Assembly (NCBI RefSeq): GCF_054482525.1
Contig: NZ_CM137006.1
Direction: 5' to 3' (one strand)
DNA: 64,000 nucleotides
Each line of letters opens with the position of its first letter. Positions within the stretch are counted from its first letter, which is position 1. Position numbers and translations under genes: made by a program. Positions 21,697 through 29,519 of the stretch are shown here, one piece after another. The notes under the pieces were generated by a model. That model worked only from the letters and a program-made list of their open reading frames with translations, did not search any database and had not been told where the DNA came from.

Positions 21697-21757
21697 AGCG
21701 ACGATCTTTTTAGTTATCAATGTAATCAATAAGTTATGTGGATAAGCGAGGGTAAAG

Positions 21758-22276
21758 ATGGAAAGTAATATCAAAGGGTTAGTTGCCGCCGGGCATGAGA
21801 TGGCTTCGGAACTGAAAGCAGAATGTGGTGCCGTTGATATGCGCAGTGTGGCAAAGCTGATCAGCGATTTGGCAACGCAACTGGAAGTGCAACTGGTGCG
21901 TGCTAATGCGCTGGCGGCGGAGAATGAGCTGGCTCGTAAGGCAGTTCAGGCATTCTGCGATGTTGTTGGCGACAACACCGAGGTTATCGCTGAGGTGGTT
22001 GGGCGAGATGGCGTTCTGGTTATTTTGGAGGCCATGAAGGCAACAGGAAATATGCCAGCCACCGATGCTTTCCTGGCTGAAGTGCGGGCGCAGGGCGTGG
22101 ATGCTGCTATAGAAGCTGCAAAAAATCTGGTGGCCCAAGAATATGAGTATAAGGATTTCAAAGCGGCGCAGAGTGATTGCTGTATGCACCCTGGTTCAGA
22201 TCTGGTAGGGAAGGTTGAAATGACTGAGTGGTTAGTTGACTTTGCTGCCCAGCTTCGCAAAGGAGGCAACCAGTGA
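21758..22276 (+). CDS. Hypothetical protein
   Basis: A 172-aa ORF with phage-like coupling to the next gene. Confidence 0.5.
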   Translation: MESNIKGLVAAGHEMASELKAECGAVDMRSVAKLISDLATQLEVQLVRANALAAENELARKAVQAFCDVVGDNTEVIAEVVGRDGVLVILEAMKATGNMPATDAFLAEVRAQGVDAAIEAAKNLVAQEYEYKDFKAAQSDCCMHPGSDLVGKVEMTEWLVDFAAQLRKGGNQ

Positions 22277-22761
22277 GCGAAATTAATTACCAGGCACTGC
22301 GTGAGGCGGCGGAACGTGCAATTCCAGCAATGGAACGCCTGTTAATGTTGCCAGCTGATGATGATTTGTTAAGTGAACAGGAACTTAAAGATTACGGTGT
22401 GGATATTGATGCGCTCAACGCCTTCAAATTTCTGGCCGGACCAGAAACCGTGCTGGCACTACTGGATGAACGGGAAAGGAACCAGCAATACATCAAATCC
22501 CGCGACCAGGAGAACGAGGATATTGCGCTAACGGTAGGGAAGTTGCGCGTTGAGCTTGAGGCAGAAAAACAGCGGGCAAAGGATCTGTTTATGGAAAATG
22601 CTCGGCTTAAGTCAGGTATAGCCGGTCTGATACACCTCGGTATTCGATATGCAGATGTTGATGTCATGAAAATTGCTGGAGATGCCCAGCTTTCTACCCC
22701 ATGCACTGACAGCATCATAAACAGCATTGCAACAGGCATTCGCATCAACGGAGGTGAGTAG
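22273..22761 (+). CDS. Ead/Ea22-like coiled-coil protein (putative)
   Basis: 162 aa with an INYQALREAAERA N-terminus and a central coiled coil. Confidence 0.4.
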   Translation: MSEINYQALREAAERAIPAMERLLMLPADDDLLSEQELKDYGVDIDALNAFKFLAGPETVLALLDERERNQQYIKSRDQENEDIALTVGKLRVELEAEKQRAKDLFMENARLKSGIAGLIHLGIRYADVDVMKIAGDAQLSTPCTDSIINSIATGIRINGGE

Positions 22762-22937
22762 TGCGTGTGGCATGTATTGGCTTGTTACCGTACCCGACTC
22801 GTTTTTGGGCTTCTGCGCTAATTGCAAAGCCACAGGTCCTGATGGCTGACAACATCACCCCAGCACCAAAGCGCCGCCATACCGGTATTGCAGCGGCACG
22901 ACGAGCAGCAAAGAGACGCAGGAGAGCAAAGCGATGA
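22761..22937 (+). CDS. Small Arg/Lys-rich protein (hypothetical, 58 aa)
   Basis: The GTG start overlaps the previous stop and GGAGGTGAG lies upstream. The protein ends ...AAARRAAKRRRRAKR, and its stop overlaps the next ATG (ATGA). Confidence 0.3.
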   Translation: MRVACIGLLPYPTRFWASALIAKPQVLMADNITPAPKRRHTGIAAARRAAKRRRRAKR

Positions 22938-23110
22938 AAAACCGTAAGGCAAAACGACTTTTTTTACAGCGACCTGTGCGTGTGGTGGAGCTGGTTATTA
23001 GCAACCATAAGATAGCGGTACTCCATCCATTTGGTCAGGTGGCTTTTGCCGCAAAGCGTAAGCCTACTGCGTCACAGAACAGGCGGAAGAAAGGGTACGC
23101 AGTAAGATGA
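22934..23110 (+). CDS. Small basic protein, MKNRKAK paralog 1 (58 aa)
   Basis: MKNRKAKRLFLQRPVRVVELVISNHKIAVLHPFGQVAFAAKRKPTASQNRRKKGYAVR. It is coupled to the next gene through an ATGA overlap. Confidence 0.35.
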   Translation: MKNRKAKRLFLQRPVRVVELVISNHKIAVLHPFGQVAFAAKRKPTASQNRRKKGYAVR

Positions 23111-23295
23111 AAAACCGTAAAGCAAAGATTCTGTTAGTTCGTAGAAACGCTCCTGGCGTCTGGCAGTGGGTGAGACTCAGCAACCGACGGATGGGGTTGA
23201 TGAAATATTACGGGATGATGGATTGTGGTTTTTGCAAAAAGCCCAGCGCGGCGCAAAACCGCTGGAAAAACCATTTGCGCACTAAAGGAGAGTGA
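23107..23295 (+). CDS. Small basic protein, MKNRKAK paralog 2 (62 aa)
   Basis: It has the same first 7 codons as the preceding ORF. It is present in the ORF track. Confidence 0.4.
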   Translation: MKNRKAKILLVRRNAPGVWQWVRLSNRRMGLMKYYGMMDCGFCKKPSAAQNRWKNHLRTKGE

Positions 23296-23296
23296 T

Positions 23297-23812
23297 ATGG
23301 CGTTAACACACCGCGAACTCTGTCAGATTGCGTACAAGTTCCTTAAGCGCAACGGGTTCAAGGTTTGTTTTCATGACCGCTTTATAGCTGTAACCAGTAC
23401 CGGAGAACAGCCAGATGCTATGGGGTTCAGAAATTCAGCATCATGCCTGATAGAGGCGAAGTGTTCTCGTGCTGATTTGTTGGCAGATAGAAAAAAGCGT
23501 TTTCGTAAAAATCCGTCTCTTGGAATGGGCGACTGGCGATTCTTTATTAGTGAGCCGGGAATTATTTCAATTGAGGATTTACCACCTGGCTGGGGATTAC
23601 TTCACGTTGTTAACGGAAGAGTACGGAAAGTACATGGGTGGCCCAAGGGTAATTGCTGTTGGGGTAACCCTGAAGATAAACCTTTTATTGGGAATAAGCA
23701 GGTTGAATGCGATTACATGTTATCTGCATTAAGGCGCATGGAGTTGAGAGGGCACCTTAATGAAATATATGACGGTGTAATTGTTAATAAGAAAGAAGGA
23801 AACGCGGCATGA
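23297..23812 (+). CDS. MmcB-like PD-(D/E)XK nuclease-fold protein
   Basis: It starts at MALTHREL after the SD AAAGGAG. GEQPDAMGF...CLIEAKCSRADLLAD...DWRFFISEPG...LPPGWGLL fits the D...E.K nuclease pattern. Confidence 0.5.
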   Translation: MALTHRELCQIAYKFLKRNGFKVCFHDRFIAVTSTGEQPDAMGFRNSASCLIEAKCSRADLLADRKKRFRKNPSLGMGDWRFFISEPGIISIEDLPPGWGLLHVVNGRVRKVHGWPKGNCCWGNPEDKPFIGNKQVECDYMLSALRRMELRGHLNEIYDGVIVNKKEGNAA

Positions 23813-24204
23813 TCACTATTACCAATAAGAAACAGTATCCCAGCGAGCAATATCTTAATGAGCTGATCACCAACATAGAGTTTGCTGCAAGGGCACCAGT
23901 TGAAGTCGTGAGAGCAATGGCAGCAGAGCTACAGAAGCGGCGCGAAGCTGATAGCGCAGAACCAGTTGCTTATATTTTCAAACATCCGGCCGGGAAATTA
24001 TTCTGGGCTTTAACGGATGAAAGTAATAAAGAGCAAGCGGACGTTATTCCTGTTTATGCCGCCCCTCCAGTGCCAGTAGTACCTGAAGAAAAACCAATGC
24101 CTAACCCTCTTAAAATGTACGCGGTCGATGCTGTTGCCGCTATTGCAGAGGTGAGAGGCTGGAATGCCTGCCGCGCCGCCATGCTTCAGGGTAAAGGAGA
24201 GTGA
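23809..24204 (+). CDS. Hypothetical protein
   Basis: A 131-aa ORF, translationally coupled on both sides. Confidence 0.5.
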   Translation: MITITNKKQYPSEQYLNELITNIEFAARAPVEVVRAMAAELQKRREADSAEPVAYIFKHPAGKLFWALTDESNKEQADVIPVYAAPPVPVVPEEKPMPNPLKMYAVDAVAAIAEVRGWNACRAAMLQGKGE

Positions 24205-24205
24205 T

Positions 24206-24415
24206 ATGGCTATTGCCGCAAGTTACACCATGCATCTCTATTGTGACTGCCGCCAGTGTACGGAAGGTGTATATCCAGTGCCAGACTTCGGTGAGTATAT
24301 CGGTACGTCATGGTCTGGTTGTGCAAAAGAGGCCCGTAAAGACGGGTGGCGAATAAGCGCCGACAAAACACGTGCTTTTGCGCCCGGGCATAAAGTTTTG
24401 AGGATTAACACATGA
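24206..24415 (+). CDS. Hypothetical Cys-rich 69-aa protein
   Basis: It starts at MAIAASYTMHLYCDCRQC after the same SD/start string as at 23283. Confidence 0.45.
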   Translation: MAIAASYTMHLYCDCRQCTEGVYPVPDFGEYIGTSWSGCAKEARKDGWRISADKTRAFAPGHKVLRINT

Positions 24416-25215
24416 CCACTATTACCAAAGAACGTATTGAATTGTTCATTAAAAATCCGCTTGAAAACGGGCTTACTCGTGGCGAACAAATGGAACTGGC
24501 ACGAATTGCACTGGCATCACTGGAACGCGAACAGATTCGCCACGAGCATGCCAAATGGTCTGACTCCACATTTGGCTGCGTTGGCCCCATTGGTCCACTG
24601 AAACACCTCTCAAAAGAGGCACTGGAAGCCGCAGCCGAACCAGACGATCTTAGCGAGTGGGCTGATATGCAGTTTCTGTTGTGGGATGCACAGCGCCGTG
24701 CTGGCATCAGCGATGCTGAAATTAACGTTGCTATGGAAGATAAATTGAAGATCAACATGGAGCGCCAGTGGCCTGAGCCAAAAGATGGTGAGCCTCGCTT
24801 GCACATTAAAGAACCCGGCAACTCTCCGGTAATTCCGGATGGTTTATCCACGGTATGCGCTGAGGCTTATCAGGTTGTAGGAGTTATGGCAGATGCGCTT
24901 GGTGTATTCGGTGATGCAGCAGTACAGAACGTTCTGGATAACCTGTCACAGCAAAAACTTGTTCACAGAGATGTGCTGCCGTTCTCGCTTCCGGCAACTC
25001 CGGATGGTTGGATAAGCTGTAGTGATCTAATGCCGGAAGACACCAAAATGTTACTGGCATTTAGTCAAGGTGAAATCGTGGCAGCATATTGGAACTGGGT
25101 TGTAAATCCAATTGATTACAAAAAATATAGAGCTTTCACGTATTTATCAGGAAATATCTTGGATGACGTAACCCACTGGATGCCGCTACCAGAACCGCCG
25201 CAGGAGGTGAAGTGA
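24412..25215 (+). CDS. DUF550 (dATP/dGTP pyrophosphohydrolase-like) plus DUF551 domain protein
   Basis: HAKWSDSTFG...GPLKHLSKEALEAAAEPDDLSEWADMQFLLWDAQRRAG, with the C-terminal DGWISCSDLMPED...THWMPLPEPP. Confidence 0.6.
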   Translation: MTTITKERIELFIKNPLENGLTRGEQMELARIALASLEREQIRHEHAKWSDSTFGCVGPIGPLKHLSKEALEAAAEPDDLSEWADMQFLLWDAQRRAGISDAEINVAMEDKLKINMERQWPEPKDGEPRLHIKEPGNSPVIPDGLSTVCAEAYQVVGVMADALGVFGDAAVQNVLDNLSQQKLVHRDVLPFSLPATPDGWISCSDLMPEDTKMLLAFSQGEIVAAYWNWVVNPIDYKKYRAFTYLSGNILDDVTHWMPLPEPPQEVK

Positions 25216-25565
25216 TGGACTATTCACAGTTAAGTGATTTTGAAATTAACAGAATGGTAGGAGACATAATTTTTAAAGGCCTTTGGGCGTGTAAACCGGA
25301 AACATCAGGGAATAACACCAACAAATGGTATTACGGAAATACTGATACAACTTTTGAGCCATTAAACCCTTTACCTGACTACTGCAATAATCCATCGGAT
25401 GCATGGCCTATTATTGTTGATAATAAAATCAGTCTAACCTGCCACCAATCTCGCGGTGAGTGGTCAGCTGTTTTTAATGTCGAGAACATTTGCTTTCATG
25501 CGAATAATCCACTCCGAGCCGCCATGATTGTATTTCTCATGATGCAGGAAAATCAGAATGGCTAA
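25212..25565 (+). CDS. NinX-like (DUF2591) protein
   Basis: 117 aa with the DYCNNPSDAWPII motif. Confidence 0.5.
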   Translation: MMDYSQLSDFEINRMVGDIIFKGLWACKPETSGNNTNKWYYGNTDTTFEPLNPLPDYCNNPSDAWPIIVDNKISLTCHQSRGEWSAVFNVENICFHANNPLRAAMIVFLMMQENQNG

Positions 25566-25896
25566 ATCAGCAGCAGAGCGCAAAGCCGCTCAGAGAGCCA
25601 GACAAGCTGCATCTGGTGTGCGTAAGCTGGAGATTGTGCTTGATGCTCAGGAAATTGAAATGCTTGAGCGTAACTGTGCCGCACGTCGCCCCGGGCGTGC
25701 GCCTTACGAATTTGGTGAGTATATAGCGTTACTGATCCGCCAGGATGATGCACGCGTGCGCGGGCGTATAAAATCGATCAGTAGAAAACGTTGCGGTAAG
25801 TGCGGCGAGAGAGTTCCCGTTAATTCATGCCCGTGTAATGGTGACTCGCAATGCTGGGTGACTAAAGGCTGGTATGAAACGAAATTAATAGTGTGA
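25558..25896 (+). CDS. Hypothetical protein with basic N-terminal helix and C-terminal Cys cluster, last gene before the packaging operon
   Basis: 112 aa with AERKAAQRARQAASGVRKLEIVLD and CGKCGERVPVNSCPCNGDSQC. The stop codon lies inside the palindrome at 25893. Confidence 0.5.
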   Translation: MAKSAAERKAAQRARQAASGVRKLEIVLDAQEIEMLERNCAARRPGRAPYEFGEYIALLIRQDDARVRGRIKSISRKRCGKCGERVPVNSCPCNGDSQCWVTKGWYETKLIV

Positions 25897-25904
25897 CATG
25901 TCAC
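25893..25904. repeat. Palindrome GTGACATGTCAC, copy 1
   Basis: A perfect 12-bp palindrome overlapping a stop codon, about 40 nt before a terminator. Confidence 0.7.
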
Positions 25905-25945
25905 GAGTAGATTATGCATGATGAATTTGACGGGTTTTGAATACT

Positions 25946-25971
25946 GCCGCCAACTATGGCGGCTTTATTTT
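25946..25971 (+). terminator. Intrinsic terminator ahead of terS
   Basis: GCCGCC-aactat-GGCGGC is followed by TTTATTTT. Confidence 0.75.
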
Positions 25972-25981
25972 GCATGGTACT

Positions 25982-25998
25982 ATTACCACAACGGTAAC
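25982..25998. promoter_or_regulatory. Dyad site O9 (ATTACC-ACAAC-GGTAAC)
   Basis: Perfect dyad between the terminator and terS. A degenerate repeat, ATTACCACGGTGGTTAT, follows at 26000-26016. Confidence 0.55.
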
Positions 25999-26014
25999 TA
26001 TTACCACGGTGGTT

Positions 26015-26611
26015 ATGATGCCTGCTGAACCTAAAACCTATAAACGCAAATCAACGCAATTTAAGCCACTAACAGCAATGCAGGAGGCTTATTGCCAGTC
26101 ATACATCAAAACGCCTGAAAACCAGACTCAGGCAGCGATTAACGCAGGATTCTCCCCAAATACAGCGGCAGTTAAAGCCAGTGTCATGATGCGCGATGAA
26201 CGCATTCAGAAACGGATTGCCGAGTTGATGGAGGAGCGCAACAAACGAATGCGCGTCAGTGCTGATTACGTTCTCATGCGCCTGGTGGAGATCGACCAGA
26301 TGGACGTTATCGACATCCTCAACGACGATGGGAGCCTTAAACCAATCCGTGAGTGGCCGAAAATCTGGCGCACTACGCTTAGTGGCTTTGATCTGTCATC
26401 GACCATCATGAACATGAACGAGGATTCGATAGAGACAATCCTCAAAAAAATTAAATGGCCTGACAAGGTGAAGAACCTTGAGCTGATTGGTAAGCATGTT
26501 GATGTCAATGCGTTCAAAGAACGTCTGGATGTTAATGTGAATGTGACAATTGCTGATCGCATAGCGGCAGCCAGGAAGAGACTGAAAGAACGTCAGGATG
26601 GCAATCAGTGA
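26015..26611 (+). CDS. terS: Terminase small subunit
   Basis: The start is taken at MMPAEPK. The ORF-track TTG start at 25937 would run through the terminator and operator. The region LTAMQEAYCQSYIKTPENQTQAAINAGFSPNTAAVKASVMMRDERIQKRI is Terminase_2-like. Confidence 0.7.
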   Translation: MMPAEPKTYKRKSTQFKPLTAMQEAYCQSYIKTPENQTQAAINAGFSPNTAAVKASVMMRDERIQKRIAELMEERNKRMRVSADYVLMRLVEIDQMDVIDILNDDGSLKPIREWPKIWRTTLSGFDLSSTIMNMNEDSIETILKKIKWPDKVKNLELIGKHVDVNAFKERLDVNVNVTIADRIAAARKRLKERQDGNQ

Positions 26612-28083
26612 CAGATACAGCGTTATCTCCTGAAGAGCAGTTAATTGAGGATATTGCAGGGTTCACTCACGATCCGCTTGGCTATGCCCTCTATGCGTTC
26701 CCGTGGGGGGAAGAGGGGACTGAACTGGCACATGCTACCGGCCCACGTCAGTGGCAGGCCGATGCGTTCCGAGAGATACGTGATCACCTGCAGAATCCAG
26801 AGACGCGTTATCAGCCGCTTATGCTGGCACGTGCTTCTGGTCACGGTATTGGTAAATCCGCATTCATCTCAATGCTCATCAACTGGGGCATGTCCACTTG
26901 CGAGGATTGTAAGGTCGTGGTGACCGCCAACACCGACAACCAGCTACGAACGAAGACCTGGCCGGAAATTATCAAGTGGTCGAACCTTGCTATCACGAAA
27001 GACTGGTTTACCTGTACCGCTACCGCGATGTACAGCAATGACCCTGGGCACGACAAGCGGTGGCGGGCTGACGCAATACCCTGGTCTGAGCACAACACTG
27101 AGGCATTCGCCGGACTACACAACGAGCGCAAACGCATCATCGTGGTGTTTGATGAAGCGTCGAACATTGCGGATCTGGTGTGGGAAGTTGCCGAGGGTGC
27201 GCTTACGGACGAAGACACTGAGATTATTTGGGTGGCGTTCGGAAACCCTACACGTAACACCGGGCGTTTTCGCGAATGTTTCCGCAAATATAAACACCGC
27301 TGGAAAACTGCGCAGATTGACAGCCGGACGGTGGAAGGCACTAACAAACAGCAGTTGCAGAAATGGGTTGATGACTACGGGGAAGACAGCGACTTCGTTA
27401 AAATCCGTGTGCGTGGCATATTCCCTGATGCATCTGAATTGCAGTTTATCCCTACCGGTCTTACTGACGAGGCAATGAAACGGGTGGTAACCGCTGCGCA
27501 GGTTGCACATGCTCCGGTGATAATCGGCGTTGACCCGGCATACTCCGGCGTTGATGACGCTGTGATATACCTGCGGCAGGGGCTACACAGTAAGGTGCTG
27601 TGGACTGGCAACAAGACTACCGACGATCTGATTATGGCGAAGCGTATCGCTGACTTTGAAGACCAGTATCAGGCTGACGCGGTGTTCATCGACTTCGGTT
27701 ACGGAACCGGTTTGAAGTCAATCGGTGACGGCTGGGGTCGTACATGGCAACTTGTTCCGTTCGGTGGCGCGTCTACTGACCCGCAGATGCTCAACAAGCG
27801 TGGGGAGATGTTCAACTCATGCAAGACATGGCTGAGGCTCGGTGGCATGCTGGATGACCAGGAAACAGCGGACGACCTGTCGGCAGCAGAGTACAAAGTT
27901 CGAGTGGACGGTAAAATCGTTATCGAACCGAAGGAAGATATCAAAGAGCGACTTGGGCGTTCTCCTGGTAAAGGCGATGCGCTACTGCTGACGTTTGCGT
28001 TCCCTGTGTCGAAGCGTCTGCGAATTCCCGGTCAGCAGAACCAGCAAGGCAAGGCCATCACAGATTACGATCCCTATGCTTAA
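26608..28083 (+). CDS. terL: Terminase large subunit
   Basis: 491 aa with a Walker A-like ASGHGIGKS, VVFDEAS (Walker B) and a C-terminal nuclease region. It is coupled to terS. Confidence 0.8.
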   Translation: MTDTALSPEEQLIEDIAGFTHDPLGYALYAFPWGEEGTELAHATGPRQWQADAFREIRDHLQNPETRYQPLMLARASGHGIGKSAFISMLINWGMSTCEDCKVVVTANTDNQLRTKTWPEIIKWSNLAITKDWFTCTATAMYSNDPGHDKRWRADAIPWSEHNTEAFAGLHNERKRIIVVFDEASNIADLVWEVAEGALTDEDTEIIWVAFGNPTRNTGRFRECFRKYKHRWKTAQIDSRTVEGTNKQQLQKWVDDYGEDSDFVKIRVRGIFPDASELQFIPTGLTDEAMKRVVTAAQVAHAPVIIGVDPAYSGVDDAVIYLRQGLHSKVLWTGNKTTDDLIMAKRIADFEDQYQADAVFIDFGYGTGLKSIGDGWGRTWQLVPFGGASTDPQMLNKRGEMFNSCKTWLRLGGMLDDQETADDLSAAEYKVRVDGKIVIEPKEDIKERLGRSPGKGDALLLTFAFPVSKRLRIPGQQNQQGKAITDYDPYA

Positions 28084-28126
28084 TCCGCTGGTGGGGATAA
28101 TGTCGTTGATATCCTCTGGTGAGGAT

Positions 28127-28157
28127 AAAACAAAGCCAGCTCATAGGCTGGCTGTTT
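28127..28157. terminator. Bidirectional terminator between terL and the reverse-strand moron
   Basis: AAAACAA-AGCCAGC-tcatag-GCTGGCT-GTTTGTG. Confidence 0.65.
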
Positions 28158-28170
28158 GTGACATGTCACA
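28157..28170. repeat. Palindrome TGTGACATGTCACA, copy 2 (14 bp here)
   Basis: It contains the same 12-mer as 25893 and 45766. It abuts the terminator and lies 3 nt from the moron stop codon. Confidence 0.7.
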
Positions 28171-28173
28171 GAG

Positions 28174-28596
28174 CTAGAAAATAATTTCATCAAATGCAGC
28201 ATTTATTGCCTTTGCTTCGCTAATGGCGCCTTGTTTATCGACAATAGCTTTTTTACCAAGCACCTCGGCAAGGCACTGTAGCTTCATGTTGTATAAGTGT
28301 TCGCTCATGTAATCATTATCACTTTTTGCTTTAGCGCAAACAGAGCGAGAAATATCAAACACATCGCCTTTTTCCATTTCAGAACGTTGTGCTGTTATCC
28401 AGTCATGGAACGTAACGCTAGTACCATGGTCTTCGCTAAGAGTTAACCCGGTCAGTCCCTCACTCTGAATTACTTCGTAATGCATTTCATTACCAGCAAA
28501 AACGCCATAAAAAACGCAGTCTTCAGCCTGAACGATACGAGAATATTTTAATGGCCATTCATTTAGATACTTAGCCAACATATCAATTGTTTTCAT
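28174..28596 (-). CDS. Hypothetical 140-aa protein (reverse-strand moron, visibly AT-rich)
   Basis: A clean ORF with SD AAGGTGAGATC before the ATG. I recognise no motif in it. Its orientation is opposite to the packaging and structural genes. Confidence 0.6.
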   Translation of the reverse strand: MKTIDMLAKYLNEWPLKYSRIVQAEDCVFYGVFAGNEMHYEVIQSEGLTGLTLSEDHGTSVTFHDWITAQRSEMEKGDVFDISRSVCAKAKSDNDYMSEHLYNMKLQCLAEVLGKKAIVDKQGAISEAKAINAAFDEIIF

Positions 28597-28607
28597 GATC
28601 TCACCTT

Positions 28608-28631
28608 AAAAAAATGCCCGGCGAACCGGGC
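28608..28631 (-). terminator. Terminator-like hairpin immediately 5' of the moron gene
   Basis: On the minus strand, GCCCGG-ttcg-CCGGGC is followed by ATTTTTTT, ending 12 nt before the ATG at 28596. Confidence 0.5.
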
Positions 28632-28709
28632 GAACTGGAAGCAATGAGTTATGCCTTCCGTGGCTGTACGGGTTTACAGCATGAAGTCATCGCAATGGCG
28701 TCCTGCTGT

Positions 28710-28751
28710 AAAAAGGGCGGTGATAGTCCTTCAAGGGAAACCATCACCGCC
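28710..28751 (-). terminator. Terminator downstream of the tRNA
   Basis: On the minus strand, a GGCGGTGAT ... ATCACCGCC stem is followed by CTTTTT. Confidence 0.6.
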
Positions 28752-28794
28752 AAGCACCTGGAACTTCTGGCATCACGGTCCTTAGGCGTGATTC

Positions 28795-28871
28795 TGGCGC
28801 GGCATGCAGGATTCGAACCTGCGACCAACCGCTTAGAAGGCGGTTGCTCTGTCCAACTGAGCTAATGCCAC
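28795..28871 (-). tRNA. tRNA-Arg (anticodon UCU), 77 nt with encoded CCA
   Basis: Hand-folded cloverleaf: acceptor GTGGCAT/ATGCCGC, D arm GCTC-AGTTGGACA-GAGC, anticodon arm ACCGC-CTTCTAA-GCGGT, T arm GCAGG-TTCGAAT-CCTGC, discriminator G, then CCA. Confidence 0.85.
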
Positions 28872-29192
28872 AACGCTGAGAGCACTTAGCCTGTTAAGGC
28901 GCCACACTTTGTCGCGGCTCCATAAATGCTCTCATCGTTGTACCCTCGTCTCTTCCGAGGTGTCACACCGAATCGCCGGGATGGTGAATCCCCGTGCGCG
29001 GAATAAAACCGCTCGACTTGCACATTCCGGCTACCTGGTTCGTTTGCCCGAGCAAGGGAGGGTGCCCCTTAAACGTATCCAGACCGCTATCGGCGCATGT
29101 GCCATACGCCGTACTGCTCAAAATAAAAGCTCACCCCACCTGTTCAATTTAACGACAAGCCAGTCAGATTAGTAACTGGAGTGAATTCTTTG

Positions 29193-29209
29193 GTTACCTG
29201 AAAGGTAAT
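29193..29209. promoter_or_regulatory. Dyad site O10 (GTTACC-TGAAA-GGTAAT)
   Basis: Perfect dyad between the leftward tRNA unit and the rightward structural operon. Confidence 0.55.
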
Positions 29210-29298
29210 AATTCGTGCGTTAAATGTCAACTGTCTACGATAAATAAATCATATGTGGTTAAATTGGTAATAATTTAATTGCGTACGGAGTCATTGAT

Positions 29299-29505
29299 AT
29301 GTGCATGGGTAGCTCACCATCAGTGCCTGCAACACCAGAAGTTCAGGCAGCACCACAGGAGCAGGATGCCGCCGTTGTTGATGCCCGCGACGAAGAAACT
29401 CGTCGCCGTCGCGCTGCTGCTGGTCGTAGTTCTACGCTGCTTACCGGTTCTCAGGGCGACACATCAACCGCTAATACCAGCGGTAAAACGCTGCTTGGTC
29501 AGTAA
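29299..29505 (+). CDS. Small conserved protein upstream of the portal gene (hypothetical)
   Basis: 68 aa, ending RRRRAAAGRSSTLLTG...GKTLLGQ. It is the first gene of the structural operon. Confidence 0.5.
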   Translation: MCMGSSPSVPATPEVQAAPQEQDAAVVDARDEETRRRRAAAGRSSTLLTGSQGDTSTANTSGKTLLGQ

Positions 29506-29519
29506 CCGGAGTCATTGAA

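Noticed and set aside
25937-26014. TTG-initiated N-terminal extension of terS proposed by the ORF track.
   Set aside because: It would be translated through an intrinsic terminator (25946-25971) and the dyad site. The ATG ATG at 26015 is the more credible start, lying immediately downstream of the terminator and the dyad.
28157-28170. TGTGACATGTCACA read as a CRP site.
   Set aside because: The CRP consensus is TGTGA-N6-TCACA. Here the spacer is only 4 nt, so the half-sites are out of register.
28614-29172. Plus-strand ORFs 28614-28865 and 28909-29172.
   Set aside because: The first runs antisense through the tRNA and its terminator. The second has a random-looking Arg/Ser-rich product with a non-ATG start and no SD.
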